Part shown: piece by piece, positions 63,894-64,000 of the stretch
Layout of the letters: the number at the start of each line of letters is the position of its first letter
How positions within the stretch are numbered: the stretch's first letter is position 1
Assembly: GCA_001244265.2 (NCBI GenBank)
Contig: CDLV01000006.1
Span: 992,001-1,056,000 of the forward strand
Direction: 5' to 3'
DNA length: 64,000 bases
Origin: Microbotryum violaceum
Lineage: Eukaryota
Notes under the pieces: model-generated
The model's database searches: none
The model's input: the letters and a program-made list of their open reading frames with translations, nothing else
Told to the model about the DNA's origin: nothing
Program-made: the position numbers and the translations under genes

Positions 63894-64000
63894 GATGATT
63901 GGTTGGAAGGTCGGCAGGATAGTGTGGAGGACAGTTAGGAGATCTCGAGTGAAGCCGGGCCTGGCGGCGATCGAGTCGACCTAGCTCCGAGTCGGACTTC

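Overview
Gene-dense, intron-rich (GT-AG plus a few GC-AG), GC-rich eukaryotic DNA with the intron size and splice-signal style of a basidiomycete fungus. Pucciniomycotina/Microbotryomycetes is my inference and is not proven. I reconstructed about 26 protein-coding genes by hand. Most are housekeeping genes: UFE1/syntaxin-18, DPH3, MHF1/CENP-S, a CLC exchanger, ERD2, HUB1/UBL5 (absent from the ORF track), NAB2, mitochondrial uS2, SSB-type Hsp70, YRB2/RanBP3-like, UreD, cactin, COA2-like, PUS7, a GRE2-like reductase, two tandem MFS transporters, RPA2, a YNG2/ING PHD protein and VPS18. There is also an ADF-H+PH protein and four unassigned proteins. I found no tRNA, rRNA or CRISPR array. Three things stand out. 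(1) The head-to-head HUB1/NAB2 pair depends on non-canonical splicing: the HUB1 start codon is split by an intron with an apparently distant branch point, one HUB1 donor is GTTGAG, NAB2 has two consecutive GC-AG introns, and an 11-bp repeat array lies between the genes. (2) Introns with an early branch-point motif followed by a long AG-free zone recur in several genes. (3) At the right end is an apparently intron-poor XPG/FEN1-like PIN-H3TH nuclease gene disrupted by in-frame stops, possibly a mobile-element relic. All family assignments come from motif recognition; I ran no database searches.
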